This document shows positions 18,988 through 27,971 of a stretch of DNA of 64,000 nucleotides, in pieces. Positions within the stretch are counted from its first letter, which is position 1, and every line of letters begins with the position of its first letter. Source of the stretch: a virus. Where the stretch lies: the IMG/VR virus record IMGVR_UViG_3300025121_000002, positions 1 through 64,000 of that record. One strand, written 5' to 3'. Under the pieces are notes generated by a model, which made no database searches, was not told the origin of the DNA, and saw only the letters and a list, made by a program, of their open reading frames with translations. The translations under genes and the position numbers were made by a program.

Positions 18988-19212
18988 ATGTTATTAAAAT
19001 TTAAAAATGTTAAAAATAAAACAATATTAATAGATTCTAAGGATACTTTTTTAAAAAGTTATAAAAATAAAGGATCATATTTTATTATTTCCTTAAAATT
19101 TAATAAAGAATGGAAAATAACGAGATATTTTTTTATAAAAATGTATAATTCCAAAATGAATACAGAATTTACTTCTATAAAACAAATATATTTAAATGAT
19201 AATATTAAATAA
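18988..19212 (+). CDS. hypothetical basic protein
   Basis: GGGGG RBS. Low-complexity K/N-rich sequence. Confidence 0.4.
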   Translation: MLLKFKNVKNKTILIDSKDTFLKSYKNKGSYFIISLKFNKEWKITRYFFIKMYNSKMNTEFTSIKQIYLNDNIK

Positions 19213-19289
19213 GTTTACAAAATACCATTTAATGAATAAATATTTCCGATGAAATAGAGTAATTATTTACGATAACTTAGAGAAAATAT

Positions 19290-19727
19290 ATGAAAATAGT
19301 AAACGATAGTATATTTAGTTATTCAGCAACACACACTATAGTTCATTGTATTTCTTTAGACTGTGTTATGGGTAAAGGTATAGCTAAACAAATAGTGGAT
19401 TTAAATCCTAATTTACGTAAATTACTATTAAATGGTCCTTTCGATTTAGATATTGGTAGATCTTACTATATTGAAGATATACATAAAGTTATAAACATGA
19501 TAACAAAAGAATTTTATTATGATAAACCAACATACTTAGATTTTATTAATGCTTTAATTGATATTAGAAGAATAGTAGAAGAAAATGATATAAAAAAAAT
19601 AGTTATGCCTAAAATTGGGTGTGGTTTAGATAAACTGGAATGGACTAAAGTTAAATTCTTAATAGAACAAATACTAGATGATGTTGTTGAAGAATTAATT
19701 GTTTGTGATTTAAGTAAATGGGATTGA
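19290..19727 (+). CDS. macrodomain (ADP-ribose binding/hydrolase-like) protein
   Basis: IVHCISLDCVMGKGIAKQI and IVMPKIGCGLDKLEW match the two conserved macrodomain segments. Confidence 0.6.
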   Translation: MKIVNDSIFSYSATHTIVHCISLDCVMGKGIAKQIVDLNPNLRKLLLNGPFDLDIGRSYYIEDIHKVINMITKEFYYDKPTYLDFINALIDIRRIVEENDIKKIVMPKIGCGLDKLEWTKVKFLIEQILDDVVEELIVCDLSKWD

Positions 19728-19776
19728 CAGAACATAGCAAATTATGCTACTATATTTAAATTGGAGTAATTACTAA

Positions 19777-19995
19777 ATGTTAATTAAACATTATGAAATT
19801 TTAGATATTCAATGTTGGTATGCACATATAAAACCAATGACATACCAAGTTGGTGATTTTTATGAAGTTATTTTAACTAAAAGAATGAATGTATTCACTG
19901 TTACAACAACTGATGGTTATACTTTTGGATTTTATAAACAATATTTAAATTTTGAAGAAGCAAACAAACAGTTTAAAAAATTATTAAGGGGTTGA
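19777..19995 (+). CDS. hypothetical protein
   Basis: GGAG RBS, co-oriented. Confidence 0.5.
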   Translation: MLIKHYEILDIQCWYAHIKPMTYQVGDFYEVILTKRMNVFTVTTTDGYTFGFYKQYLNFEEANKQFKKLLRG

Positions 19996-19996
19996 T

Positions 19997-21181
19997 ATGT
20001 CAAGTTACACAGATAGTATGATTATTTTTATAAGGGAACTAAAAGATAAAGGAAATACTTGGGATGAAATAGCTGTTAAATTTAATAAAAAGTTTGGTGA
20101 AGAAGAAAGAAAGACAGCTAATGCTTTAAGAAAAATATACTCACGTTATTCTGATATAGACTTTACCGATGAAACTGTGATAAACAGTATTCAAAGTAAT
20201 GAAACTTCAAAAAAGAAGTCGTCTATTTTAGCTAAAGAAAATAGAGCTTTAGTTAATTATGTATCTGGTAGGAAGAATTTATTAGAAGAAATTAGAGAAA
20301 TGTTATCTAGTAGATCATTTACACAATATAAAGTACCAATATATAAACCAGATAAGTCTAAACGAAATATGACAATGGAAACATTATTAAGTGATTTGCA
20401 TGATGGTAAAAGAACACCAACATTTAATAATAGAATACTAAAAGAAAGATTACAAAAATATACTTCAGTTATTATTGGTGAAATAAATAGATATGAAAAA
20501 ATATATAATGTTGAACGTATTGTTGCACCTATTTTAGGTGATTTAATAGAAAATTCATATATGCATGGTATAGAATCTTTAGCTGGTTGTGAATATCAGA
20601 ATCCTGAACAAATTAGACATGTTACCCAATTATTATTTCAAGATTTTCTTATACCATTATCATTAACTGGAAGGCAGATAGTAGTTCCTTGTCTGACAGG
20701 AAATCATAGTAAATATTCCTTTAAAGATACATATATTGATCCAGGAAAAAATAATTTAAGTTGGATAATTTATAACATGTTAGAAATGCTATGTAAAGCA
20801 TCTAAATTAACAAATATTGAATTTATAATACCTGAAGGTATATATTGTGTCTATGAAATATATGGAGATCCTATATTATATGAACATAAAGTTGACAGTT
20901 ATCAACAAAAAAATGTAGAAGCTCATATACATGATAGATCTAAACAAGTCAAGAAGATGATAAAATTTGCTAGATTTGGTCATTTTCATGAATCATTATC
21001 TTATGGTAGGGGTAGAATTATATTTAATGCTTCATTTAGTGGTCTTGACTCTTATTCTGAGATAAAAGGATATTCATCTGAGCCAAGCCAGACCATAAAT
21101 TATTATATAGAAACAGATACTAGATGTGATAGCTATTACCACTCATTTATAGTGAATTTAAACAAATATGAAAAAGTGTAG
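19997..21181 (+). CDS. calcineurin-like metallophosphoesterase with N-terminal HTH-like domain
   Basis: Motifs in order: LSDLHDG (DxH), ILGDLIEN (GD), LTGNHSK (GNH), RFGHFHE (GHxH). Confidence 0.6.
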   Translation: MSSYTDSMIIFIRELKDKGNTWDEIAVKFNKKFGEEERKTANALRKIYSRYSDIDFTDETVINSIQSNETSKKKSSILAKENRALVNYVSGRKNLLEEIREMLSSRSFTQYKVPIYKPDKSKRNMTMETLLSDLHDGKRTPTFNNRILKERLQKYTSVIIGEINRYEKIYNVERIVAPILGDLIENSYMHGIESLAGCEYQNPEQIRHVTQLLFQDFLIPLSLTGRQIVVPCLTGNHSKYSFKDTYIDPGKNNLSWIIYNMLEMLCKASKLTNIEFIIPEGIYCVYEIYGDPILYEHKVDSYQQKNVEAHIHDRSKQVKKMIKFARFGHFHESLSYGRGRIIFNASFSGLDSYSEIKGYSSEPSQTINYYIETDTRCDSYYHSFIVNLNKYEKV

Positions 21182-21830
21182 TAAATGTAAAAAATTAAAA
21201 GAAAATTCTGATTTTACAAAAAAACAAAAAGATGGAGAATCGTTAAGATCTCAATGTAAAGAATGTGAACGAGAATATAGTAGATTATATGATACTAGAA
21301 CAAAAAACAAGGTATCAAAAAAATATGAAAAAACAATAAATGGTTTTATAATGAGAGTATATAGAAATATGAAATCTAGAGTTTTAGGTATTCAAAAACA
21401 AAAATTTCATTTATATGAAAATTTAGAACTTTTAGATAAGGATCTATTCTATGAATGGTCAAAAAACAATATAGATTTCTTAACATTATTTAAAAATTGG
21501 GAAAATAATAAATATGTAAGAAAATTAACACCTAGTATTGATAGAATAGATTCAAAAAAGGGATATGTTTTTAATAATATTAGGTGGGTTATTTTTAGTG
21601 ATAATTGTAAAAATATCCAAAGATTACAGTCAAATAACACAAGTTCATATCGTGGTGTATATTTTAATAAATCTAACAATAGATGGGTTTCTCAAATAAG
21701 TCACGATAAAAAACATTATTTTTTAGGATATTTTGAAAATATTGAAGATGCTATAGAAACATATAATAAAAAAGCAATTGAATTATTTGGAAAATTTGCT
21801 TTTATAAATATTAAAAAAATAGAAAATTAA
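21168..21830 (+). CDS. homing-endonuclease-like protein: Zn-finger N-terminus plus AP2 DNA-binding domain
   Basis: CSKCKK...CKECE N-terminus shared with the ORFs at 49089 and 59409. SIDRIDSKKGYVFNNIRWV. AP2 domain SYRGVYFNKSNNRWVSQISHDKKHYFLGYFENIEDAIETYNKKAIELFG. Confidence 0.7.
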   Translation: MKKCSKCKKLKENSDFTKKQKDGESLRSQCKECEREYSRLYDTRTKNKVSKKYEKTINGFIMRVYRNMKSRVLGIQKQKFHLYENLELLDKDLFYEWSKNNIDFLTLFKNWENNKYVRKLTPSIDRIDSKKGYVFNNIRWVIFSDNCKNIQRLQSNNTSSYRGVYFNKSNNRWVSQISHDKKHYFLGYFENIEDAIETYNKKAIELFGKFAFINIKKIEN

Positions 21831-21854
21831 TATATACAAACAAAGGATAGTATT

Positions 21855-22085
21855 ATGAAGTTTTATAAATTTGCAAATGGTCAGCTAATTAACGTTGACT
21901 ATATCAAAGAAAAGTTAGCAATCATTGATATCGTTGAACAATCTTATGGTTGTAATGAATGGTTTTTTACTATTAAGTTTAAAGCTGATACAGGATTAGA
22001 AAGTATACAACCAACGTTTGATAACGAAATATTAGCTAAGGAACAACTTAAAGAGTTTATATATTATCTGGAGACTAATTTATAG
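21855..22085 (+). CDS. hypothetical protein
   Basis: AAGGA RBS. Confidence 0.5.
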   Translation: MKFYKFANGQLINVDYIKEKLAIIDIVEQSYGCNEWFFTIKFKADTGLESIQPTFDNEILAKEQLKEFIYYLETNL

Positions 22086-22258
22086 GAGATACTATGAAAA
22101 ATAAAATAACGGTAATAGTTAGAAACTATAACGATTATTGTTTTCATGTAAAACAATTTGAAACCTTCGAAGAAGCAAAAAATTACTTGATTGATAACTG
22201 TGGTAATGGTATAATAATCATAGGAACAGAATACCATATTATAAACTAGGAGGAAGAT

Positions 22259-22810
22259 ATGGCAAAAAAAGATAAAGAATCAACACAGTATTGGATAGAG
22301 AAGGGAATAGATGTTGAAAATCGTATACTAGATATTGATGATTATATAGATTCAGAGACTGTTTCACCTAAGATTAGAGCTTTACGTTGTATGCAAAGAA
22401 AGAGTAACGACCCAATAACAATCAATGTTAATAGTATGGGTGGTTGTGTTTATAATTCATTCGCATTATATGATACAATACGAGACATATCGAACTCTGG
22501 AATTCTTATTAGAACAATGGCTTATGGTAGTATAATGAGTGGTGGTTCCATTATTTTTTTAGCTGGAGATGAGAGAAGTATGTTGATAAATACCACCACA
22601 ATGATACACACGATCAACTTCGGGGTCGAGGGTAAGGTTAAAGAAGTAGAAATAGAAATGAAAGAATCTAAGAGATTAGAAGAAAAGATGATTGAAATAT
22701 ATGCATCTAGAACTAAGAAAAGTAAACGTTTTTGGAAGAAACAAATAAAATATATAGACAATTATTATGATTATAAAACTTCTAAAAAACTAGGAATAAT
22801 TAATAAATAA
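22259..22810 (+). CDS. ClpP-family serine protease (cytoplasmic type)
   Basis: INVNSMGGCVYNSFALYDTI aligns with ClpP INSPGG..AG..IYDTM. Ser in GSIMSGG and His in TMIHTI. AGGAGG RBS. Confidence 0.65.
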   Translation: MAKKDKESTQYWIEKGIDVENRILDIDDYIDSETVSPKIRALRCMQRKSNDPITINVNSMGGCVYNSFALYDTIRDISNSGILIRTMAYGSIMSGGSIIFLAGDERSMLINTTTMIHTINFGVEGKVKEVEIEMKESKRLEEKMIEIYASRTKKSKRFWKKQIKYIDNYYDYKTSKKLGIINK

Positions 22811-22822
22811 CTTTAACGAATA

Positions 22823-23005
22823 ATGAGATATATGGAAGAACTACTTAAACAATTTAACATTACTAAAGACGAAGTAATTAAAATACTTCAAGATGCTATA
22901 CTAGATACTACAGATACTAATATAATGAAATTACTAAATTTCAGCAAAATATTCAATTGTCACCCAACAAATGCTATTAAATTCTTTAGAAAACCTTGGG
23001 AATAA
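22823..23005 (+). CDS. hypothetical protein
   Basis: Short co-oriented ORF. Start (22823 or 22832) uncertain. Confidence 0.4.
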   Translation: MRYMEELLKQFNITKDEVIKILQDAILDTTDTNIMKLLNFSKIFNCHPTNAIKFFRKPWE

Positions 23006-23007
23006 CT

Positions 23008-23193
23008 ATGGAAAACAACGAAACAAATCCCACAATAATAAATTGTGATGAAAATGATATATGTTACGAATGTCTATTCTTTGATAGACAAGACGAATAC
23101 TGTAACTTATATAGTGTTAATAATCTTGATGCACAAAAAAGTAAACATAAATGTTGTAAAATTAAAAGAATTATTATACAATATAATGAATAA
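23008..23193 (+). CDS. hypothetical Cys-rich protein
   Basis: ATG 23008 (the track start 22996 is a TTG). C-x-x-C pairs. Confidence 0.45.
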   Translation: MENNETNPTIINCDENDICYECLFFDRQDEYCNLYSVNNLDAQKSKHKCCKIKRIIIQYNE

Positions 23194-23202
23194 GGGGTAA
23201 AT

Positions 23203-23670
23203 ATGAATTTTAATCATTATTTGATGGTATTTAACTATCTTGATATCTTTGAAAAATGTTTTTGTATTTTTATAATATTATTATGTGTTGGTATTTTATC
23301 TGTTATATCATATAATATTTATTGGCATTTAAACTATAAATATGAATACTCTGACGCAAAAGAAACTACAGGAATTGTTACTGATATGAACTATAGAGCT
23401 TCGTATATGATAACAGTTTTTAATGGAAAAACAATAAATACTATTCATCATCCAGAAAAAAATGAAGTATATATTTATATTGAGTCTTTAAATTTAAAGA
23501 AAGAATTTGATAGTTCAAAATTATATCAACTTGTTCGAATTGATGATACCATTAAAATAACATATAAAGAGTGTTATATAGTAAAAAAAGATTACTCTAA
23601 AAAGAAAACTTTAGATTCATATGAAATATTAACAATAACAACACCAAAAGGTAGAATTTGGGAGAATTAA
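23203..23670 (+). CDS. hypothetical membrane protein
   Basis: N-terminal TM CIFIILLCVGILSVISY. AGGGG RBS. Confidence 0.5.
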   Translation: MNFNHYLMVFNYLDIFEKCFCIFIILLCVGILSVISYNIYWHLNYKYEYSDAKETTGIVTDMNYRASYMITVFNGKTINTIHHPEKNEVYIYIESLNLKKEFDSSKLYQLVRIDDTIKITYKECYIVKKDYSKKKTLDSYEILTITTPKGRIWEN

Positions 23671-23684
23671 TTTAGGGAGAAAAA

Positions 23685-23981
23685 ATGAAAAAAATATTTA
23701 TAGTATATAGATCTGATTATGACTATAATGAAAATATTATAGCCTTCAATTCTAAAGAAAAAGCAGAAGAAATGATACTAAGAAATAAAGAAGCTAATTA
23801 TCAAACATATTTAAAGGATTTTAATGATTTTTTAAATAATAAGGAATCCCTTTTTTATAAAATTACTAGAGATGAAAAAATTAGAAGAAAAGAACCCTGT
23901 TCTATGAAGGAAGTCTTACAAAGTTGTTCATATGCATCTGATATGTATTTTGAAGAAATAGAATATGATGAGGAGAATTAA
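23685..23981 (+). CDS. hypothetical protein
   Basis: AGGGAG RBS. Confidence 0.5.
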   Translation: MKKIFIVYRSDYDYNENIIAFNSKEKAEEMILRNKEANYQTYLKDFNDFLNNKESLFYKITRDEKIRRKEPCSMKEVLQSCSYASDMYFEEIEYDEEN

Positions 23982-24674
23982 ATGAGTAATATCATTGGTA
24001 TAGGTGGTAAAGCTAAACATGGTAAAGATTCTATTGCTAACGTTTTAATTGATAATTTTGGTTATAAACGTATATCTTTAGCCGATCCACTTAAAAAAAT
24101 ACTTTACATAGGCTTAAAAGAATACTTTACATTAAACGATTTCTACGATCAGAACATCAAAGATTTAACGTTTGATAAATATACTAGTTATCCAGAATTA
24201 GTTTTAACCAAAGTCCAAATAGAGCGTATTGTGTGTGCTATAAACATCAATTACAATCTTACTGGTGTTGAAATGGATATAATACGTGAATGGTTTAGAA
24301 ACGAAAAATTCTATTCTTTACGTGATTTAATGCAAAGATTTGGTACTGATTTATGTAGAAACCTAATTAATAAACAAATATGGATATTGACCTCACAAAA
24401 ACAAATTAATCATACATCAATAAATAGTCCAGAAATTAATTTTGTAATATCTGATATTCGCTTTCCAGAAGAAAGACAAATGGTTAAAAATCTTAATGGG
24501 TTACTATTACTAGTAAAACGTGATTTAAAAATTGAAGGTGAGGTTCATACATCTGAACAATCTTTAGGTGATGATAGTGAATATAATACTATTATACATA
24601 ATACATCAACATTAGAAGATCTAGAAAAAAACATCATTAAATTACACAAATCTAAATATCCTCTTTTTAAATAA
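23982..24674 (+). CDS. deoxynucleoside monophosphate kinase-like P-loop protein
   Basis: IIGIGGKAKHGKDSIA P-loop followed by RISLADPLKK, as in T5-type dNMP kinases. Confidence 0.55.
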   Translation: MSNIIGIGGKAKHGKDSIANVLIDNFGYKRISLADPLKKILYIGLKEYFTLNDFYDQNIKDLTFDKYTSYPELVLTKVQIERIVCAININYNLTGVEMDIIREWFRNEKFYSLRDLMQRFGTDLCRNLINKQIWILTSQKQINHTSINSPEINFVISDIRFPEERQMVKNLNGLLLLVKRDLKIEGEVHTSEQSLGDDSEYNTIIHNTSTLEDLEKNIIKLHKSKYPLFK

Positions 24675-24679
24675 TTCTC

Positions 24680-24708
24680 TTGTCTTTTCTATATTTATAT
24701 CATATAAT
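24680..24708 (+). promoter_or_regulatory. sigma70-like promoter (TTGTCT-N17-TATAAT)
   Basis: Hexamers at 24680-24685 and 24703-24708 with a 17-nt spacer. Confidence 0.55.
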
Positions 24709-24798
24709 GAAAATAACGTTGTTAACCTTAACAAAGGAATAACTATAGAAACTGAATTAAAACAACTAAAAGCTGAGAATGACCGCCTTAAAAAAAGA

Positions 24799-25050
24799 TT
24801 GAAAATCTTGGAGAAGAGATTAGGTAAGTTTCGAAGTAAGAACAAAGAGTTATGTGACGAAATAGAAGAACTAGATGTTGAAGCTGAAACAAAGAAAGCA
24901 TTAAAAACAACACCACTTAAAGAAGATGGATGTCCTAAGTGTGGTAGAGATTTGAACGTTAGTTCTGTTCCTCATGGTGAATTGGAGATATGTACAAATC
25001 CTGATTGTTCTTATAGAAAAGTTAATAGAAAAAAAGTAAAGGAAAGATAA
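24799..25050 (+). CDS. hypothetical coiled-coil plus zinc-ribbon protein (start uncertain)
   Basis: CPKCG...CTNPDC. The frame stays open upstream of the TTG at 24799 (..ETELKQLKAENDRLKKR..) but has no ATG there. Confidence 0.45.
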   Translation: MKILEKRLGKFRSKNKELCDEIEELDVEAETKKALKTTPLKEDGCPKCGRDLNVSSVPHGELEICTNPDCSYRKVNRKKVKER

Positions 25051-25051
25051 A

Positions 25052-25396
25052 ATGACACAATATGAAAAAGACTTAGCTGCTGTTAAACAAAATGGTTATG
25101 CTTTACAATATGTTAACCATCAAACAGAAGAATTGTGTTTAATTGCTGTTAAAGAATATGGTAATGTATTACAATATGTTAAACATCAAACACCAGAACT
25201 TTGTTTAGCTGCTGTTAAAGAGAATGGTTATGTTTTACAATATGTTAAACATCAAACAGAAGAAATATGTTTAGCCGCTGTTAAGGAAAATAGTTATGCT
25301 TTACGTTTGGTTAAACCAGAGATTAAAACAGAAGAATTCTTATTACGTTGTTTAGAAAATAATATAGCTTGTATAGAACATATGGAGATAAAATGA
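25052..25396 (+). CDS. DUF4116-like tandem-repeat protein, paralog 5 (about 4 repeats)
   Basis: Same N-terminus MTQYEKDLAAVKQNG, repeats and tail (..NIACIEHMEIK). Confidence 0.85.
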   Translation: MTQYEKDLAAVKQNGYALQYVNHQTEELCLIAVKEYGNVLQYVKHQTPELCLAAVKENGYVLQYVKHQTEEICLAAVKENSYALRLVKPEIKTEEFLLRCLENNIACIEHMEIK

Positions 25397-25890
25397 TCAT
25401 AACAATAGATTTATCTGTACATTCAACGGGATATACAGTTTTTGATGAAGAAGTCTTAATTGACTATGGAATAATAACACCAGAAAGATACCCAAAACAA
25501 TCAATAGATCGTTATCCTATTAAGTCTGTTAATCAAGTAAAGTCAACAGCTAAACAGGTACATACTCTAATTGAGTCATATTTGCCTCAAATTGAAGCTA
25601 TTGTAATAGAAGAGATAAATGGTGCTGGTAGAAGAAACATCATTGGTACAAAGGCATTGTGTGGCATTCACTACGTTTTAATGTCTTTGATGGATTTGGA
25701 AACATTAAAGAAGGTTGTTTTCATTAAATCATGTGAATGGAGAAAGGCTTTAAACCTTAAACGTAATGGTGATTGGAAACAATCTGCTGTTGATTTTATC
25801 AATGAAAAGCATGGTACTGAGTTTATTAGAGAAGAAAATGATTTGACAGATGCTTTGTGTTTGTACTACGCTTATCTAAAACTTAAGTAA
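25393..25890 (+). CDS. RuvC-like Holliday junction resolvase
   Basis: ATGA overlap start. MIITIDLSVHSTGY (Asp), VIEEINGAG (Glu), ENDLTDALCL (Asp) in RuvC order. Confidence 0.6.
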   Translation: MIITIDLSVHSTGYTVFDEEVLIDYGIITPERYPKQSIDRYPIKSVNQVKSTAKQVHTLIESYLPQIEAIVIEEINGAGRRNIIGTKALCGIHYVLMSLMDLETLKKVVFIKSCEWRKALNLKRNGDWKQSAVDFINEKHGTEFIREENDLTDALCLYYAYLKLK

Positions 25891-25912
25891 AATTATGAGA
25901 ATAATATACCTC

Positions 25913-26023
25913 GTGTTCATCAATTAGTGAACATATAAGTAAAAGTGAACATTTGTATAAATTATCGAGTAGTTATAGTGTTTTTGTTCACATTTATCAT
26001 TATGTTCAGTAAGAAGTGAACAT
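25913..26023. repeat. array of six (G)TGAACA(T) sites in both orientations
   Basis: TGTTCA 25914-19; GTGAACAT 25927-34, 25945-52 and 26016-23; TGTTCAC 25985-91; ATGTTCA 26002-08. Lies in the only long coding-free convergent gap. Confidence 0.75.
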
Positions 26024-26095
26024 TAAAAGAAGGTTAAAAATGAATTGTGAAAGCTTAGAACTCTTATCTTTAGTTATATTTTTAATAATTAATCC

Positions 26096-26650
26096 TTAAA
26101 AATATTTCATTGTTAATTTTTCATATTCTTTTCTAGGTTTTTGATTAAAACTATGATAACAAGTCCAGGGATTCTTCTTATTTTTACAAGCGTTTATTTT
26201 ATCCTTTAGTATCTTAAAATGACTATCAAACATATATTCTAAGTTATTCTTAAGCTTTAAAGGGTCAAGGTTGTAGTTTTGAATCGTTTTAACATGGATT
26301 TGGAATAACCCTAAGTCTGTTTTAGCTTTAACTATCTTAGCAGTCTCTGTACATTTGATAGTATCATCAGAAATAGCCACACAATTATTCTCATATATAA
26401 TAACTTCAGTTTTCCTATGTGTTTTATGGTTGAGATTACTCTCTTGTTTTGCTATAGATATTGATATATTTGGGTCAATGTCGTACTTTTTGCTGTATTT
26501 TTTAAATAGATTTGTGTATTTTTCGGCTAATTTTAAGTCTTTTACTTCCATTAAGTTGTATATCTTATTACAAAGTTTATCTTTTTTACATTCAAAAGCG
26601 TTAATTTGATTAGATAATACTAAAAAACTTATAAATAATAATTTCTTCAT
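26096..26650 (-). CDS. secreted lytic transglycosylase (SLT domain)
   Basis: Signal peptide MKKLLFISFLVLSNQINA. Catalytic AKQESNL (E-S) and DLGLFQI motifs. GGAG RBS. Confidence 0.7.
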   Translation of the reverse strand: MKKLLFISFLVLSNQINAFECKKDKLCNKIYNLMEVKDLKLAEKYTNLFKKYSKKYDIDPNISISIAKQESNLNHKTHRKTEVIIYENNCVAISDDTIKCTETAKIVKAKTDLGLFQIHVKTIQNYNLDPLKLKNNLEYMFDSHFKILKDKINACKNKKNPWTCYHSFNQKPRKEYEKLTMKYF

Positions 26651-26659
26651 TAAACTCCT

Positions 26660-26824
26660 TTAACCAGGTTTAATTAAACTTACATCAACAATCTTAAACC
26701 ATCTATAAATGTTATCTATTTTTATACGTAAACAATACTCATTATCAGCATCAATAGCTCTTATTATTCCTTCATTTCCATTTATCCAAACTTTCTGGTT
26801 AATTCTGAATCTTTCAATGTTCAT
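26660..26824 (-). CDS. hypothetical protein (54 aa, below the track cutoff)
   Basis: Hand-translated MNIERFRINQKVWINGNEGIIRAIDADNEYCLRIKIDNIYRWFKIVDVSLIKPG. Confidence 0.4.
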   Translation of the reverse strand: MNIERFRINQKVWINGNEGIIRAIDADNEYCLRIKIDNIYRWFKIVDVSLIKPG

Positions 26825-26842
26825 ATTAGTCTCTAAAATAAT

Positions 26843-26873
26843 AAAGAGGACTAGGGTTTAATTAGTCCTCTTT
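26843..26873 (-). terminator. hairpin terminator (usable from either strand)
   Basis: AAAGAGGACTA / TAGTCCTCTTT 11-bp perfect stem with a 9-nt loop. T-rich flanks on both strands. Confidence 0.6.
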
Positions 26874-26922
26874 TTAAACAAGGAGGTTGCAAATGAAAAT
26901 AGATCCGATTGTGTCGTTCGGA

Positions 26923-27573
26923 TTATTTAATAATAGCAGTTTTTTTCTTTTTTGTCAATCTCTTTTTTTTAACTTTATTTACTTTTGTTATTTCAGGATC
27001 TAGAGCTTCCTGTTGTTCTTGTTCCGTTAACATATTAAAGTGTTCATTCATCTTTTCTTTAAGAATATAAGCATCTTCTGGAGACATATAATCGAAATTA
27101 GCTTCATCCTTCATATCTAAAGTATAATTACCAGAATACAATTCATCATCATTTAAAAGTATTCTAAAGCTATTCTTCTCCTTTTTACTTTTAGTATAAT
27201 AATCTCTACTCATTGAATTAGCTACATGATTACATTCTTTTCTTTGTTCTGAGGTATTATGTACATTATCTTTAGAGTATTTATATGAATCATCTGTGGT
27301 AAAATTACCATTTTCATCTTTGTAGTATTTAACTTCTTTACGGAATTTTCTTAAATCTCTATCATTAATACAAACATATTCACCATTTTCTATGATATAT
27401 GTATCCCTAATAGTAAAAGCTGCACCATAGTATTCGTCACTAAATTTAGATAACCACTTCTTAGCTTCTGGGTCTAGATTTTTAACATAGTCAAAATCTA
27501 TGAATTCTTTTCTTTCTTTTGGTAAATATTTTTTATTAAATGATTTATCGTTATCTCTTATTTTCTTAGTCAT
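26923..27573 (-). CDS. hypothetical K/D/E-rich protein
   Basis: GGAG RBS, basic C-terminal tail KKKRLTKKKK. Confidence 0.55.
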   Translation of the reverse strand: MTKKIRDNDKSFNKKYLPKERKEFIDFDYVKNLDPEAKKWLSKFSDEYYGAAFTIRDTYIIENGEYVCINDRDLRKFRKEVKYYKDENGNFTTDDSYKYSKDNVHNTSEQRKECNHVANSMSRDYYTKSKKEKNSFRILLNDDELYSGNYTLDMKDEANFDYMSPEDAYILKEKMNEHFNMLTEQEQQEALDPEITKVNKVKKKRLTKKKKTAIIK

Positions 27574-27605
27574 CCTTGACTCCGTAAATGTAAGTTAAAT
27601 GAACG

Positions 27606-27971
27606 TTATTTTGATGTGTTTTTGATTATTTTAGAGGTTGTATAGAATCCAACACCAGTAACTCCAACACCTAGAAAAAACCATCCTATTCTTTCCCAAG
27701 TACCCATTGGAGCTAAATCCTTAGTTTCATCAACATACTTCTTATAACCATCTAATCTTAGTTCCTGAATCTCTATCTTTCTATCTTTTAAAACATTTAA
27801 ATCTTCTAATTTTATCTTTTCTTCATTAGTTTGTCTTAGTTTAGACTCCTCTTCAGAAGTAAATAAATACCCATCGTAAGGTACTTTATCATCCTTCTTA
27901 ACAGGAGTCATAGCTAAGATATTCGTAGTCAATAGAGACAATAAAACAAAGGTTGTGATTATCTTTTTCAT
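27606..27971 (-). CDS. envelope protein with N-terminal signal and C-terminal TM (spanin-like topology)
   Basis: MKKIITTFVLLSLLTTNILA signal and C-terminal IGWFFLGVGVTGVGFY TM. No lipobox Cys. Confidence 0.5.
   Translation of the reverse strand: MKKIITTFVLLSLLTTNILAMTPVKKDDKVPYDGYLFTSEEESKLRQTNEEKIKLEDLNVLKDRKIEIQELRLDGYKKYVDETKDLAPMGTWERIGWFFLGVGVTGVGFYTTSKIIKNTSK

Noticed and set aside
26893-27003. A 36-aa plus-strand ORF with a perfect AGGAGG RBS.
   Set aside because: It is antisense to the 3' end of 26923..27573 and F/L-rich. The AGGAGG may be fortuitous, lying next to hairpins that read better as minus-strand terminators. Not excluded, but unsupported.
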